The notes below the pieces were generated by a model. The model was not told where the DNA came from and made no database searches. It saw nothing but the letters and a program-made list of their open reading frames with translations. Positions 23,854 to 37,351 of a stretch of DNA of 64,000 bases are shown here, one piece after another. The translations under genes were made by a program, and so were the position numbers. Source of the DNA: Psammoneis japonica (Eukaryota); NCBI GenBank assembly GCA_008632985.1, contig QPGO01000036.1, positions 1 through 64,000 on the forward strand, written 5' to 3'. Within the stretch, counting starts at the first letter, position 1, and each line of letters starts with the position of its first letter.

Positions 23854-25121
23854 ATGATTATCGGCATTATGTTTCTGCTCATTTTTCAAGCCCCATTGAT
23901 TCCTCGTGTAACCGGAAACTCTTGCGCCCTCGCTTTCCAAAGCGTTGCACGACGATCTCTATTGAGAAGCCGATGGGGATTTTCATTCGCGCAACAGGGG
24001 CAGAAAGAAGGGTCTCCGTTCATCAATTTTCTGCTTTACAAACAGACGAAACCAATTCAATTTCTGCCGAAGATCTAAAATACATGAATCTAGCTATAAA
24101 GCACGCGCGAGAGGGCTTGGGCTACACCTTTCCAAATCCCGCTGTCGGATGTGTGCTGGTACGGGAAGACACTTCTGAAGTTATAGGATCAGGATTCCAC
24201 CCACGTGCTGGGATGCCGCATGCTGAGGTGTTCGCCTTATTTGAAGCTTGTGGTCTGTTCCGGAAGCGGCGTCCAAGCGGCTCAATCCGCCTTGCCTACC
24301 GGTACGTCGGAGACGAAAACCGAATCGACAACAGATAGCAAAAAGCTAGCTGACAAGGTCCTTGATTTGACGAAAGCATACACGACAAAAGGCCCTGACG
24401 AACTATTTGGCAACGCCTTTAGCCATTATCCGGTGACGGCCTACGTCACCCTTGAGCCCTGCTGTCACTATGGTAAGACTCCACCCTGCGCCGCTTCTTT
24501 GGCCGCCGCCAAAGTCAATCGCGTTGTTGTTGGATTTCGAGATCCCAACCCCCGAGTAGATGGCGGTGGTGTGCAGCTGTTGAGAGAATCTGGAGTACGG
24601 GTGGACTTGCTCGCGAATGATTCGAACAAAGTGTCTCAAGAGGTCGGGGCAGAATGCTCAGCTCTCGTGGACAACTTTGTGAAGCGCATCACGCCTAGGA
24701 CAAGAAATTGGGGTGACTATTCACATATAAATGGTGCTAAGCGGTCAGCATTGAGGACTTTGTCTAGAAGACAGAATGCGGAAGGATCTCTTGCACAGGT
24801 TTCTTGGCCAGCAAACGGGGCAAAAGTTCTGAAAGAAGACTATGACGACATGGAAAGAGCTGTAGATGAGCTTCCACTGGACCCCACTTGGTTGGAATCA
24901 TTGGACGCCGAGCTATGGAAAAAGAGTTGGTGCTGGTTCGACTTAATCAGGCAGTAGCTAGGAAAAAAGGAGCAAAGCTACTGGGAGGGCGACTTGCTGA
25001 GGAGCTTGACGCACACGTGGCACAGGTACTTGGGCACACCGTTTTATTGTATCGAGCGGGAATTCCACCAACAATAGAACTATCAGATCTAGTTGAACGA
25101 GTAAAGAAGAAAGACCCTTGA
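23854..25121 (+). CDS. ribD: RibD/PyrD-type pyrimidine deaminase fused to a C-terminal CRM (YhbY) domain; about 3 frameshifts
   Basis: PNPAVGCV, HAEV, TLEPCCHYGKTPPC, DPNPRVDGGG; C-terminus KELVLVRL...AHVAQVLGHTVLLYR typical of YhbY/CRM. Confidence 0.8.
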
Positions 25122-25199
25122 CAATACTAACTCTACACGAAATTGTTGGAACTTGGCTACGATCAATGTTGAACGGGTGGATTCGAGGTCCGTTCGTCA

Positions 25200-25553
25200 G
25201 AGCGCCCCAACTGATACATCTGTAAGGTTGTTACTAGTTATGATTTTGAAAGAATATTTTGATGAGAATGAGGATTTCCGCCAAGAATATAATTGCTATA
25301 GCTAGTTGAGCAAGTGGTATAAAGAAGGACTCGTAACAAGAACTCGCTCTATAGTACGAATTTATTGAAACTTTGCCAGCTGCAAACGTCGAACCGGTAG
25401 GAGGTAGGAGACGAATACGACTTTGAAGTGGGACACTTTTACTGTACGATCAGTTAAAAAGTTCCTAATTGAAGAGCTCCCAACTGATACACTCATGAGG
25501 TTGCTACTAATTATGATTAAGAAAGATAGATTTGGTGGAAAATGAAGATGTCA
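25200..25553. repeat. Diverged ~80-bp direct repeat in a convergent intergenic region
   Basis: cccaactgataca...ggttg.tacta.ttatgatt..gaaaga...aatga.gat at about 25200-25280 and 25474-25553. Confidence 0.65.
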
Positions 25554-25565
25554 CAAACTTTCTTC

Positions 25566-26888
25566 TTAAAATGGTGCATCACTGGTCAATGAAATTGTTT
25601 CCTTCGTCACAGGATGCCTAAAAGTAAGCGACTTCGCATGGACACACATTGCCTTGTCAGATGCTGCGTCCGCGATTCGCTTTTGCAAGTCTTCGGACAC
25701 GCGGTTGGGATTTGGGGCCATCTCCGCAAGTTCATCGGCCGAGAGTCCGCCATTGGGTGCGGCGTCTCCGTCGAGTCCATAAGTTGTATCGGCAACGATT
25801 GGATGCCCAAAAGCGGCGCAGTGAACGTTGAGTTGATGAGTCCTGCCAAGTATCATTCGAATACAACAAAAGAGATTGTTTGAGCGGTGTTGATGAGAAA
25901 CTACCACAATAACACCGAAACAAGAATGTCCTCTTACCTCCCAGAGACACTGGTTAAAGTTACTCTGGTGACAGGAAGGTCTTCGCCAAGGTCTTCTCGT
26001 GCAATGACCTTGTATTCTGTAACGCTGTCTTTAGGGGCTTCCAAAATCTTCTTTCCCACTACATCAGGGTCCAAATCAATAAGTGCACGTTGGTGGTCAT
26101 CGGTCGAAACACGCATATAAGGAGGGAACTCGTAGTCTCGCATTAGAGGAAGATTGATAGACCCCTCATCTTTCTCAATATTCCCGCAGAGGAGAGCTTC
26201 GTATTGTCTCTGAATCTTGCGTGTGCGAAAAAGGCTGTTCATACCACGGAGGGCGTCCATTGTCCTTGCAAAAACAACAAGCCCTGATGTATCCATTCCA
26301 AGTCTGTGAACAACCATCTTGTCCATGCGCCCCATCTCACAACCGAATGCGTTGAAGACGGCTTCATTTAAGGAGGGGTAGTTGTCCTTGCCAGGAACAC
26401 ACAACACACCAGAAGGTTTATCGACAACAACAATGTGCTCGTCTTCGTAAACAACCTTGATATCCTGAATAAAAAACAAATAAAAAAGTAATGTGAGAAC
26501 TAAAAGCGTTCTAAAAGGGCATTGTAACATTCTTCAACGATTCATGGCGGACTGCAAGCACGCAACGTCGTATCACAAACTAATTTTGAGTACAGTAGGT
26601 CCTGGCGCATAAAGTCAAGCCCCTTGTCCATCTTCGTTATTTAATGTGGTAACAGTACATAAACCTCGAACTGACCTCTTTTCCCAGCGATTTCGAAGCG
26701 CTATCCTTCTCCTTCAATTTCTGTAGTTGCTGTTCCAAGCGGGCTTGAAGATCCGTAGCACTAACTCCTGGGGCCTCAACAGTGCTCTTCATTGCTGTGG
26801 ACGGACGCCCAAGACCACGCGATGGTGAAAATGCATCGGATGAAGTGATCGAAGCAACAAGCAGCGATAAACCAAAAGCTAGACGCAT
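25566..26888 (-). CDS. RluA-family pseudouridine synthase-like protein, paralogue 1 (plastid-targeted, 2 introns)
   Basis: VDKPSG, HRLGMDTSG, RQYEAL, SGR/THQLNVH, GHPIVAD, CVHA; SDAF motif. Confidence 0.85.
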
Positions 26889-27786
26889 ATTCTTTGTTTG
26901 ATCGGGACTCTGTCAGTGCGAAATACGAGCTACTCTACTTTGCGATCGTCGCACAAACGTATGACTTCTGCTTCGTTTATTCTGTTGCTGTCAACGTGTT
27001 GGATACTATCGTATCCCGACGCACAGTGTTTGTAACCTAACAACGCTAACGCAACGCAGAGTGGGTTGACTCAGCTGATGTGATCCATCAAAAAGCTGGA
27101 CGACAGCACGGTTATGAGCTAGAAAATGAGTGATTTTGGCTTCCACTGACGTTTGTGTGCGATCTTGTTGCGTGGTCGTAAGCGCGACCACATTGACAGA
27201 AAAGACGTCACTATGACCTCATCACCTTTTTTGGTACAGTTAGTACCCCTACCCTTGATACTGCAATTTCTGTTCCTTGAGGTACCGATCTCTATCTACT
27301 AGCTCTCCGGTATTTACTACTCTGCATGTACTGTAGAAGAGAGACGGGTAAAAGCTAGAATTTTTGCGGTACTGCTCCGATCGTATCAGTGACAAATCCA
27401 ATAAGAAAAAGCACGTACCGGTAGTGGTGCCACCGCTTGTTGCTTAGTTCAGTCAACCCAAATCTGTGTACCAGCCGGAACTTTCGACGAGAAACCGTCA
27501 AGAAGCTCGTTTTCGGTGACAGTTTACAACCTCGTAGCATGCCACTGCCCAAAAGTGAATAACAAATGTAATCGATATGATAATATTACAATTTTTACAA
27601 AAAATGACTACGCGTCAGTCACCGAAGGCAACACAACATGGAACGGATGCCGGTCTTGATTATACCGAACGAACGAAAACGGATACTAGCTGCAATCTGA
27701 GCCACACAAAAGAAGCGTGACCAGGATTACACAGACGTGTAGAATGTGCTTCATGCAAAGAATGAAGAGGTTTCTGGGTGGTGAAG

Positions 27787-29358
27787 TTAGTTTTGGCGCA
27801 TGGCAGCACAGGCTACTTCGACCAGCGCAGGCAAGGACTGCCGCTTCTTGGGGGACAGGTCAGGAAGAGCAGAACCAAAAAGTTCTATCCCATCTGTTGT
27901 CGTCTTGCCTTTAAGGAGAGGCGTGGTGGGAGAGGGTGATACCAACGGTGGTACTGTAATCTGCTTCCTTGGAGTGACTAGGCACGACGGCAGATCGACG
28001 TTTCTCGGCTGTGGAGAGACCGTCCTCAGGCCACCGCCCTTGCCATGTTTCTCCATACTCATGATAAGCGGAAACGGATTCTCGATGTTGTCACAAGAGA
28101 CATGCGGAGGGGACGTGTGTCTTGGTGTCACAACTGCTGCGGTTCGCCCAGTCAAGTCGGTGCACTCTGGGGGTGACCTGACCGGAGTTGCCAGAGACAT
28201 AAGCTCTGGAGAGAACTGTTCTTGTGTTTCTTCTGGTCCTTGCGTTTGCTCTTCTGGTTCTTGCTCTTGGTGTTCTGGTGTGTGTGACTGGATGCACGGT
28301 TCTGTTGCAGAGCGTACGACAATACGGCTACTACGCTCCATAGTGGTTGCCAGAATGCTGGTGTCCACTGTTACCAATACCCCGGTAAGAGTTTCTCCAT
28401 CAGGTACGCTTTTTGCAAACGTGCCCTGAATGGTACCTGGAGCTTGAAGCATGACTTCCGTATATCCAGCAGGAGTGGAAAGGTTGAGGACTGCTTGGAA
28501 TGACATGGAGTGAGTGACTTCATAGCCGTCTCGGCGCTGCTTCTTCCCAGGCTTTTCCCCGGAAAAGTCACTGGATGCACTAACACGATCGGAGAGAACT
28601 CGGAAGCTTGTCTTCACGTCGATGATCTCGATAGACTCAGCCACTTGCTGGAGCGATAGTATGAGTCTGGCCTCGCTGGTCTTCAGGAGCGCCTCTAGAG
28701 CCGCACGTTTGCTGACTTCTTCAGGAGTTTCTTGTTCTTCTTTCTCTTGCGACGGTAGGCCTTCTTTCAGCTTCTGCACAATAGCCTGTTCCTTATGCAC
28801 TAAGGAGCGTGAGACCATGTATATCCATGTTTGAATCCTCCACAATAAAGCTTCTTGAAAAGATTCCATGACGTTCCTGGCCATAGCTTCAGCAGATAGC
28901 CGAAGCGCGTTTCGATCATCAACACTTAACGGCCTACCAAAGAGTTCAGCAGGAGTGACTGGAGACTCCAGCGATGGGACGGAGTCATCGCTGTCCGACT
29001 CAGAATGAAGACCAACAGGGGGAGGCGTAGATGGACGTTCTGAAGATGGTTTGAGTGAGAGTGAGGGACATGTAAACTTGAAGGCATCGCGAAGGAAGTG
29101 CTCCTGCGTTGTATTTTCTCGCGGCTCATTTCGAATCTCTTCTTCACAGAAAAGACTCTGAGGCGGAGGTTTGGATGAAAGGAGGCTCATAAGAAGCTGC
29201 GCTTCAGCACGAACGTCCCCATCTCTCGTAAGCTCCGCGTCATTTGTGAGCGATGTGCCTAACCTCGCTGCAAAACCTATCAACGCTAGCTGCTCCGACG
29301 TGATCCGGCTTTCTTCCGTCAGCCGCTCTGACGAGCTCAAGCTCCGCTTTGACGCCAT
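27787..29358 (-). CDS. Hypothetical Ser/Pro/Thr-rich protein (523 aa)
   Basis: Long single-exon ORF with normal composition; no recognised domain. Confidence 0.65.
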   Translation of the reverse strand: MASKRSLSSSERLTEESRITSEQLALIGFAARLGTSLTNDAELTRDGDVRAEAQLLMSLLSSKPPPQSLFCEEEIRNEPRENTTQEHFLRDAFKFTCPSLSLKPSSERPSTPPPVGLHSESDSDDSVPSLESPVTPAELFGRPLSVDDRNALRLSAEAMARNVMESFQEALLWRIQTWIYMVSRSLVHKEQAIVQKLKEGLPSQEKEEQETPEEVSKRAALEALLKTSEARLILSLQQVAESIEIIDVKTSFRVLSDRVSASSDFSGEKPGKKQRRDGYEVTHSMSFQAVLNLSTPAGYTEVMLQAPGTIQGTFAKSVPDGETLTGVLVTVDTSILATTMERSSRIVVRSATEPCIQSHTPEHQEQEPEEQTQGPEETQEQFSPELMSLATPVRSPPECTDLTGRTAAVVTPRHTSPPHVSCDNIENPFPLIMSMEKHGKGGGLRTVSPQPRNVDLPSCLVTPRKQITVPPLVSPSPTTPLLKGKTTTDGIELFGSALPDLSPKKRQSLPALVEVACAAMRQN

Positions 29359-30099
29359 CTTTCTCCCTCAGTGTCGAATAATAGTTTGTTGATTGGCCGG
29401 GCCTGTCTATTATACTCTTCACAACTTCGCTATCAGTTGCAGTGATCAGAACAAGAAAAAAATGCTGTCTGTGACAAGCGGTAGGGAATCTACGTAGAAC
29501 GAAACCGCTGTCAATTCGTGATGTTCTGTTGACGGACAGCGACTTCAATGATGCGGGGCTCAGTAGTTTTTTCTACTGAATCACCACGTAAGTGCCAGCC
29601 CACTCGACTCCTACGTCAATACTGATTCTACGAGATTTTCACTGGGGGCGACGATCTTTCGCACTCTGATCATTGGCACTTCGGTGCAATGTATTGATCA
29701 ACCCGACTGATGGATGGGGATGAAGGAATGGAGGGTTCAGTTGGGGGTTCAGTGACTCGTGCAAACCACCTGTGATGTCCATACTAAATCTACGTAAGAT
29801 TGCCCGCCAAAACAGTATCGAAAAATAGAGCATGACAAAATATCTCGACCATCGCCACTTAGAGCTCCAAATATGTGCTAATTTGAAAAATATTGATACA
29901 AACGTGTCGTGTATTGCACTTTAAAGCGACTGAACGAACACCACAACAGAAATATTAAATGTTTCTGTCAGTATAGTTCGACGGGAAAGATATACTCAGT
30001 TATGTGATACAGGATCAACTATGTCTTCGTCTCTTTTTACATGTATAAAAAATATTCGAAAACATTCAGAGCCTGATAATGGTAAACAGGTTCAAACGA

Positions 30100-30360
30100 A
30101 CGAGCTCTCACGCCCAGCTAGACCCTCTACTCTCTAGTCTAGAGTACCGGTAGAGCTAGCTCTACTCTCTAGTAGTAGTAGCTCTAGCTAGTAGTAGTAG
30201 CTAGCTCTACTCTAGTAGAGAGAGTCGTCTCGCTCGCTAGACGGTAGGGACTACCCTATCTCCTCTCTCTCCTCTCTAGCTAGCTAGCTACTCTAGTAGT
30301 ACAGTAGAGTCGGAAAGGTATGTAGCTGCGCGTAGGCCGTCCACTCTAGATAGATGTTTG
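30100..30360. repeat. CTAG/TAG/AGAG low-complexity tract
   Basis: ctctagtctagagtaccggtagagctagctctactctctagtagtagtagctctagctagtagtagtagctagc... Confidence 0.8.
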
Positions 30361-30841
30361 GGGTACAGGTAGCTTCTATCATAGTAAATGACACAAAACT
30401 AGGGAGTTTGTAAGTAAGGCCCTGTCCAGTTCAACGTATCCGACGGTCCATCGCTACATTTCCTGTGCCATTCGCTATTCCCTTCCACATCAAAGCGAAA
30501 CAACTGAAAATCATGGCCGCCCTACCTAACCGCAATCGAAAAACCTTTGGACAAACAAGCAACACGCTAGAGTTTAGCGAGCGAATAGCTACAATTGAAG
30601 CCTTGCCGGACGATTTCTCGTCCGCTCTAACCTCATTGCCTTATTCGGGGCAAAATACTGAATTCTACGGTAAGAGTGAGTCGTCACACCGGTAGGCATT
30701 CTTCGTGACTTTCAATTTACAGAGCAGGAATTTTGAAGCCAGGCTCATCACAACTTAGCGCCACGCATTATCTAGGCCCTATAGAGGAATTGCATCCTTT
30801 GTTTTAGCGATACATGTTGTCGTTGTGGGAGTTAACTTTTA

Positions 30842-32117
30842 TTAAAAGGGCGCCTTGCTAGTCACAGAAACCTCCTCCTTTGTTACCGGATGCCGAAAGC
30901 TGATAGACGTAGCATGGACACACATGTTCTTGTCAGCTGCCGCTGATGCGATCTGACTCTGTAGCTCTTCTCCAACTCTGTTTGGATTCGGAACCAACTC
31001 GTCACATTCCTCAGCTGTGAGGCCACCATTCGGGGCGGCGTCCCCATTCAGTCCATAAACAGCATCGGCAACTATGGGATGACCGAAAGCCGCACAGTGC
31101 ACATTTAGTTGGTGCGTTCTGTTGAATCCAATAAAACAAGGCGCAAGGTGAGCTATGTCGCCACGCGTAACAATCCACCTGCCACAGAGACCAACGACTT
31201 ACCTTCCAGATATGCTGTGAAGCTTCACTCGCGTCACCGGAAGATCTTCCCCGAGATCCTCTCTTGCGATAACTTCATACTTTGTTAAGCTGGGCTTAGG
31301 AGCCTCCAACAGCTTCTTACCCACAACCTTTGGATCCAAATCAATTAGAGCACGTTGATGATCATCTGTGGACACCCGCATGTAGGGAGGAAATTCGTAA
31401 TCACGCATCAAGGGAAGATTAATGATTCCTTCGTTCTTTTCGACATGACCACAAAGCAAAGCCTCGTATTCTCGCTTGATCTTGCGTGTGCGAAACAAAT
31501 TATTCATTCCCCGGTTGGCATCCAACGTTTTGGCAAACACTACTAGCCCCGACGTGTCCATGCCGAGGCGATGAACCACCATTTTGTCCAACCCAAATTC
31601 TTCTGAGCCGTACGCATCAAAGACAGCCTGGGCAAGGGATGGGTTGTTGTCCTTTCCGGGAACACAAAGGACTCCAGCTGGCTTGTCTACAATCACGATG
31701 GAATCATCTTCAAAAACAACCTTGAGATCCTGTTGTTGAGAATTGAGAACGCGAAATATGAAACCGGTGAGAAAGATACAAAGGAAGAATATCATTATCA
31801 TGGAGTCGTTCCATCAACCGAACGAATTCAACAACTGCCTTATAGTTGAAAGAAAAAATCCCATAGCTGATAGCAGAAGTCAACACATCAGCGAACACAA
31901 TCAGAACACTCACGTTCTTGCCTACAGCCTTGGATTGACTATCCTTTTCTTTCAGTTTTGCCAATTGCTTTTCGAGGCGACTATTGATTTCTTCGCCACT
32001 GATAGCAGCCACAGCATTGTTTCCAATAAGCGTCCTTTTCCCCCAGGGAGTTCTACAAGAGGAGGGTGCAAAAGCACCGGCAGTGACGGCAATTGCAAAG
32101 AAAACTAGACAGCGCAT
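30842..32117 (-). CDS. RluA-family pseudouridine synthase-like protein, paralogue 2 (plastid-targeted, 2 introns)
   Basis: Same motifs and intron positions as 25566-26888; AGAFAP targeting motif; HRLGMDTSG. Confidence 0.85.
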
Positions 32118-33128
32118 CGAAATTACGGAGAGCAAAAATCCTGATTGTGAACAAAGTAATTGGAAGCCTCGTTCGTCAAACCCGAAGCCAGACACAAAAC
32201 AATGGATGGGACTAGCTTCGATGTGTCCTTCGATGATGGACGGCGCTCTTTCTATTCGATCGCCTCAAGCGGTGAGCGGCGGAAAGGAAAGGTGTGATGT
32301 TTTTCAGAAGATGATGATGGAATAGCAGACACGCGGCTGCTGTCCACAAATTGTTGCGGTGCGTAGGGAAGCTATGGGCTGCTACGTACTCGGACCGGGC
32401 GGTACAGTACATTCGAATGAATCCATCACTGACGGCCCGAAGAACGACGATTATCTCAATGACCATATCCAGAATGGACCTCTAGAGACCTACTCCTACA
32501 CCTACCGGTATGTACCTAGGGCCCTATCGATGCTATCTGCACACTGCACCCACCTGTACAAAGTATGAGGGTTCCTCTCCTCTACAGTAGAAGGGTACAA
32601 GGGCGCTTCCTTTGTTTAGTTCCTAGTCGTAGCTAATGTAGCTCAAGGTAGAGAACTAACCTTTTGAATTGCGCAACCATTTTACTAATCGCCCCAACGC
32701 CCAGCGAGCACTCTGAACCCCCGTCTGGAATGCATGAGTCACAATCGTACAAGTATCATAAAACGATACGATCATTTATGGTCTTTCACTAGTGTTACAT
32801 AAATATTTTAGACTTGAATTGTTGCCAAAATCGTTGGTCAGAGAAGAACAGGACATGTCCACAACAGCACGATGGATTGGCCTGATACTTCGCGTCATTC
32901 ACGCCTTGGTCAACAAACTCAAATTTTCTGGTGCTCCTCTGTATAGGTGCCTTCGATACTTTCTCCAGCCATCGTGATGTTGTTGCCGTAGTCATTTGTC
33001 AGTGTGAGCATCAACGTCTTACAACGCCAGATGTTTCGCACGTCATTCATGTCTCGGGAGCTACACCCGATGGAGTGGAAAAGCAGATTTCTCAAGCAGA
33101 GGATTGAAACCCAGCTGGCCTGTGTCGG

Positions 33129-33971
33129 CTATGACGTTGGCTCTTGCGTTGGCATCGTTGTTGGTTCAAATGTCGGTAAATACGTAGGAGCCGTAGGTGC
33201 CGTTGTTGGAAGCAACGTCGGAGACGAAGTAGGAAAACGAGTTGGGATTCTTGACACAGACGGGCTTGTTGAGGTAGTTGGTGCAGACGTCGGCAAGGTC
33301 GAAACGGTCGGGAACTCGGTGGGGGTGCTAGTTGGTTCATCAGTCGGTGACGCAGTTGGTCCTCCGGTCGCATCTGGTAATGATGAAGTTAGCTCGAGGA
33401 GTTCTGACAATGTCTCATCGATCTCGCTCTCGTACGCATTCATGGTGTAACTGCAATAATAGGTCCACTCTTCCGCTCCGCTGTGTCTGTAGAAAAAGTA
33501 GATGTCCCGTTGGTTCGTCAACCAGGAGCTCCACCATGGATCGCTCGGATCGTCATGGCACACCTTCATCGTTCCTATACAGAAGCGATTGTCATAGGAT
33601 GAAAAAGAATTCCTCCCGATTGCCAGCATGGTAACCCTCTCCTGATCTTGGGTAGCCAGCGCATTGAAGACATTATCCATTGTTCTCACCATGCGCTGGC
33701 ACGTTCCTCAGTACTGGTGACCAAAGTAGTAGACTGCGACGTTTACATTCGCATTGTCCGCGTTGCTCAATGTTCCTGGTCCCAAAAATTCAGGTTCATT
33801 GGCAATCCAACTATAGGTGATGAGGGGCTGACACTGGTTCTCACATGTGTGGGAGAATGTGAACCCACCAGTCGGTTCTCCGTAACACGGCGGAGTTGCA
33901 AATACAGGATTCTGACAAGTCGAGAGGAACGCCAACATGACGCTACACGAAAACCACCGAGGAACCATCAT
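33129..33971 (-). CDS. Secreted Cys-containing protein with a C-terminal PT(S/T) mucin-like repeat; frameshift near 33700
   Basis: Signal peptide MMVPRWFSCSVMLAFL; tail PTASPTDEPTSTPTEFPT... typical of diatom extracellular proteins. Confidence 0.6.
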
Positions 33972-34449
33972 GACGCGGAAAGAGAATGACGGCCACGCAA
34001 TACGTTTTTGTTGACAGAAAGGTATGATGCAACACTCGATGTCGTGTTTTTGTGTTGTGTGTGGTGTTTCAATTCTGTTGTCGCCTTTTTTTTTTTCGCG
34101 TCAATTTCGCCAAAAATGTGAACGCAGTTGCAATGCATGATGCCCGTGGCATTCATACTGGAGCCTACGTTACGCAGACTCCTCATTATAAGTTATACAG
34201 GGCAATTGTAACTCAAACGGTTCACACATGAAAGCATTAACATATATAATCTCTTAATAATTAATAATAGAGATCGTCCATTGAAAGCACGCGCGAGCAC
34301 GTGTGACAGCCAGACACCCTAAAAAAAATGACGACAGACGACAAAACGCACAAGCAGCCCACAATGGCGTTTGGCTTGCGCCATAGTCCATACGGTAGTG
34401 CCTCTTACTTACAAGTTCATCCCACTGTCCTTCTCTAGCATATCCAAGA

Positions 34450-36102
34450 ATGTATGCCTCCGAGGTGGACAGAAGGCGGTCGAGATACGTTGTCGTGCTG
34501 GTGCTAGCGCTGGCGATCGGCGTGGTCTATTTCACGCTGGATGCATCGACAACGTCAACTCGGGGCGGTATTTTGGGCTTGCGAAGTCAAGGAAAGCACC
34601 ATGGATGGTCAACTCCCCAAGCAATGCCACAAGAAGTAACATCGCTATATTCGGAGAATGATTTATTGAACTCTAACGGGATTACGCCTCCGTTCTGGCC
34701 CAAGCACTGGAATTGTTCTGCAGAGTCGGAGGACGAAGGCGTCTGTTCCCCTCCCCCGTCGAAGACATGGGGACCCTGCTACCCACCCTCGAGAAGCAGC
34801 CCATATAACTGGACAAGTCTTATCAAACAACAACACAACGACTCGTTGAAGCTAGAGTATCATGAGATCCCTCGACACCCCGCTCTTCTTGTTAACGTGC
34901 CAAAGCCTGATCTGAGTGGCTACTGCCGCCCAGGTTTCATAATTATTGGAGCCGGGAAATGCGGTACCAGCTCTCTCTATCACTACTTGACTGGTCATCC
35001 ACGGGTTCTACCCGCAAACGAAAAGCAAATCCACTATTTCAAGGTACGTCAACGTGTCAACGCCTTCTCAGAAAGTGTGAGTATTATTGCGCAACAACCC
35101 TATCTAATCTCTCTTAAAGTATCACGCCTTCTTTAATCTCCAATGGTACCTCGCCCACTTTCCTAGTACAAAAAGCTTTTTGTCATCAGGAGCGCTAATG
35201 ACGGGAGAAGCAAGTCCTGGTTACATGCCTTATCCTAATGTTGCTCATATGGTCAAGAGTCGACTGCCTGGTCCCAAGATATTAGCAATAGGCCGGGAAC
35301 CTCTCGATCGATCTTGGTCCTCCTACAAGTACAATTACGTTATTCCTGCAATGGAGAAGCTTCGTAAAGGCCACCACAAGGGTGCGCTTAGAGGAAAATC
35401 AGAAGATTACTACCAGAAGTTCCTCTTTTCTTTCGAAGACATGATTGAAGCCGAACTGACGGCGTTGAAAGAATGCTTGGCACCCGGTGGCATTGGAGAG
35501 ACTGGAGCGAGGAATTCATGGCGTTCAAAACCTTGGTTCAAGGATGAATTCGACCGGCGTGAGAAGGAGGGATTGCCCCCGTTGGTTGACTTGGACAAGT
35601 ACTGCTATCCGAATACCCGGTCCGCAAAGGTCCCGCGCCGACAATGGGTTAGTTTGGTTGAGAAGCATCCCGAAAAGATTATCAATCTTCCCAACTTGCA
35701 GCTAGTCCAAGCCATTATAGGACGCTCTCTCTATGCACTTCCTTTGGAGTGGTGGTATGCTACTCATGGGGAATCTGAAGTGTACTTTGTCTGCACAGAA
35801 GAACTGGAGGATGAAACGGGCGAGCCGTTGAATGAGATTGCAACCAAGTTTTTGGGGTTACCTTCCTATGACTTTTCTCAGGTTGTTAGCGAGGGCATGT
35901 ACAATGTGGGATACAACACAGGTTACGATCAAGCTACAACGTGGGAGGTGGTCGATAGCATGGCGATAGCCACCACAAAGGGAATTCACACAATCAGGAC
36001 GACATTCCAATTTCGAATGAATTGCGAAAGGAGCTTTTAGATTTTGTGAGACCATTCAACGAGCGTCTCTTTCAACTAACTGGTAAACGTTGCAACTGGT
36101 GA
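34450..36102 (+). CDS. Type II membrane sulfotransferase (heparan-sulfate/NDST-like Sulfotransfer_1), intron 35044-35119, frameshift near 35960
   Basis: N-terminal TM; 5'-[37 protein letters not shown]; alternative-frame C-terminus [23 protein letters not shown]. Confidence 0.88.
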
Positions 36103-36118
36103 ATTAAGTTTCATCCTT

Positions 36119-37351
36119 TTAAGCAGCGTTCTTCCGCATGAACACGTGGTAACGATTGAAAATGTTGTCATCTTCGATAACAATAGAATCAGGGTCAATA
36201 TCCCAACCGTAGTGGTCAATCGATTCCTTCCAATACGACTTTGCCACTCCCCCCCAATCATGACAAAATTTACAGAGGGGATAAGCAACCTGCTCTACAA
36301 TGACAGCTTTCCCCGGTTTAGCTATTCGAATCATTTCTCCAACCACCAAGGCTGTAAAATCGTTTTGCCTTTGCTGCGCCAAATCCGCAAGCTTCTTGCT
36401 TTTCCAGTCATCTCCTTGACAAAGTTTCTTATGGAGTTTGTAATTGCTGCTAAAATCACCTTCGTCAAATTGCAGTGGATTATTGAGGGGACTAGCCAAG
36501 AGAGAGAGACAGTGATCAGATGTTTCGGAGTTAGCACCAATTCAAACTTACGTTCCAAAGAGCATCGAATGAACTTACGGACTGTACCCAGTAAAAACGA
36601 GATCGAACAAGTTGGAGGGGACAAAGTCCAAATGAGCTGAGTCTGCCGTGCAAAATGTTCCCTTCGTGGAGTTGAAAGGAGCACCTTTCTGGAAGAGCGT
36701 ATCCGCATTCTTTGCATTCTCGTCCATATACTCATTGCCTGAGACAACAAGCCTGTCGATGCCTTTGACTTCATTGAGGATTTCCAGCGTCATGTATAGA
36801 TTGAGTCCGATCCCGCAGGCACTTTCGTAGATGGAGTCCCCGTTTGCCACATTGTCGGGGTACATGGTGGACTTCCAGTGGTAGAGTCCCTTTTTTACGT
36901 CCGTATACGTTCTTCCCCATCCATCGAACTTGACTGATCTGAAGGTCTCTAGAAACTTCGTGATATTTTTGTGTAGTAGCGCACTTCCTTCCCCGGCTTT
37001 TTTCCCGATATAGTCTTCTTGGTAAGCCTCTTCATCATAGTTGAGAGGCGTCACAACGGTTTCTGGACATTGGTATGTCGTGTGAGACGACTTTTTAAGA
37101 GCTGAAAAATCGTTGCCAGAACGGGAATTCTCAGTAGCACCGACAACCTCAGGAATCAGTACAACAACTGCTGCAACGATGGTCAGGACAACAAAACAGA
37201 CCACCAACCGCTTCTTGCTATTACAAGGTGCGTGTGCTACACAGAAAGATGTCGATTTCTCGTCATATCCATGCTGCACCGGCATTGGCTTCATTTCTTC
37301 GTCTTCATCGTCCACCCTGCTTGCTCCAGAACGAAGGTAACGAGCAGCCAT
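36119..37351 (-). CDS. Membrane-anchored class I SAM-dependent methyltransferase, one intron
   Basis: TM helix; motif I-like IYESACGIG; FDLVFTGY; EMIRIAKPGK. Confidence 0.75.
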
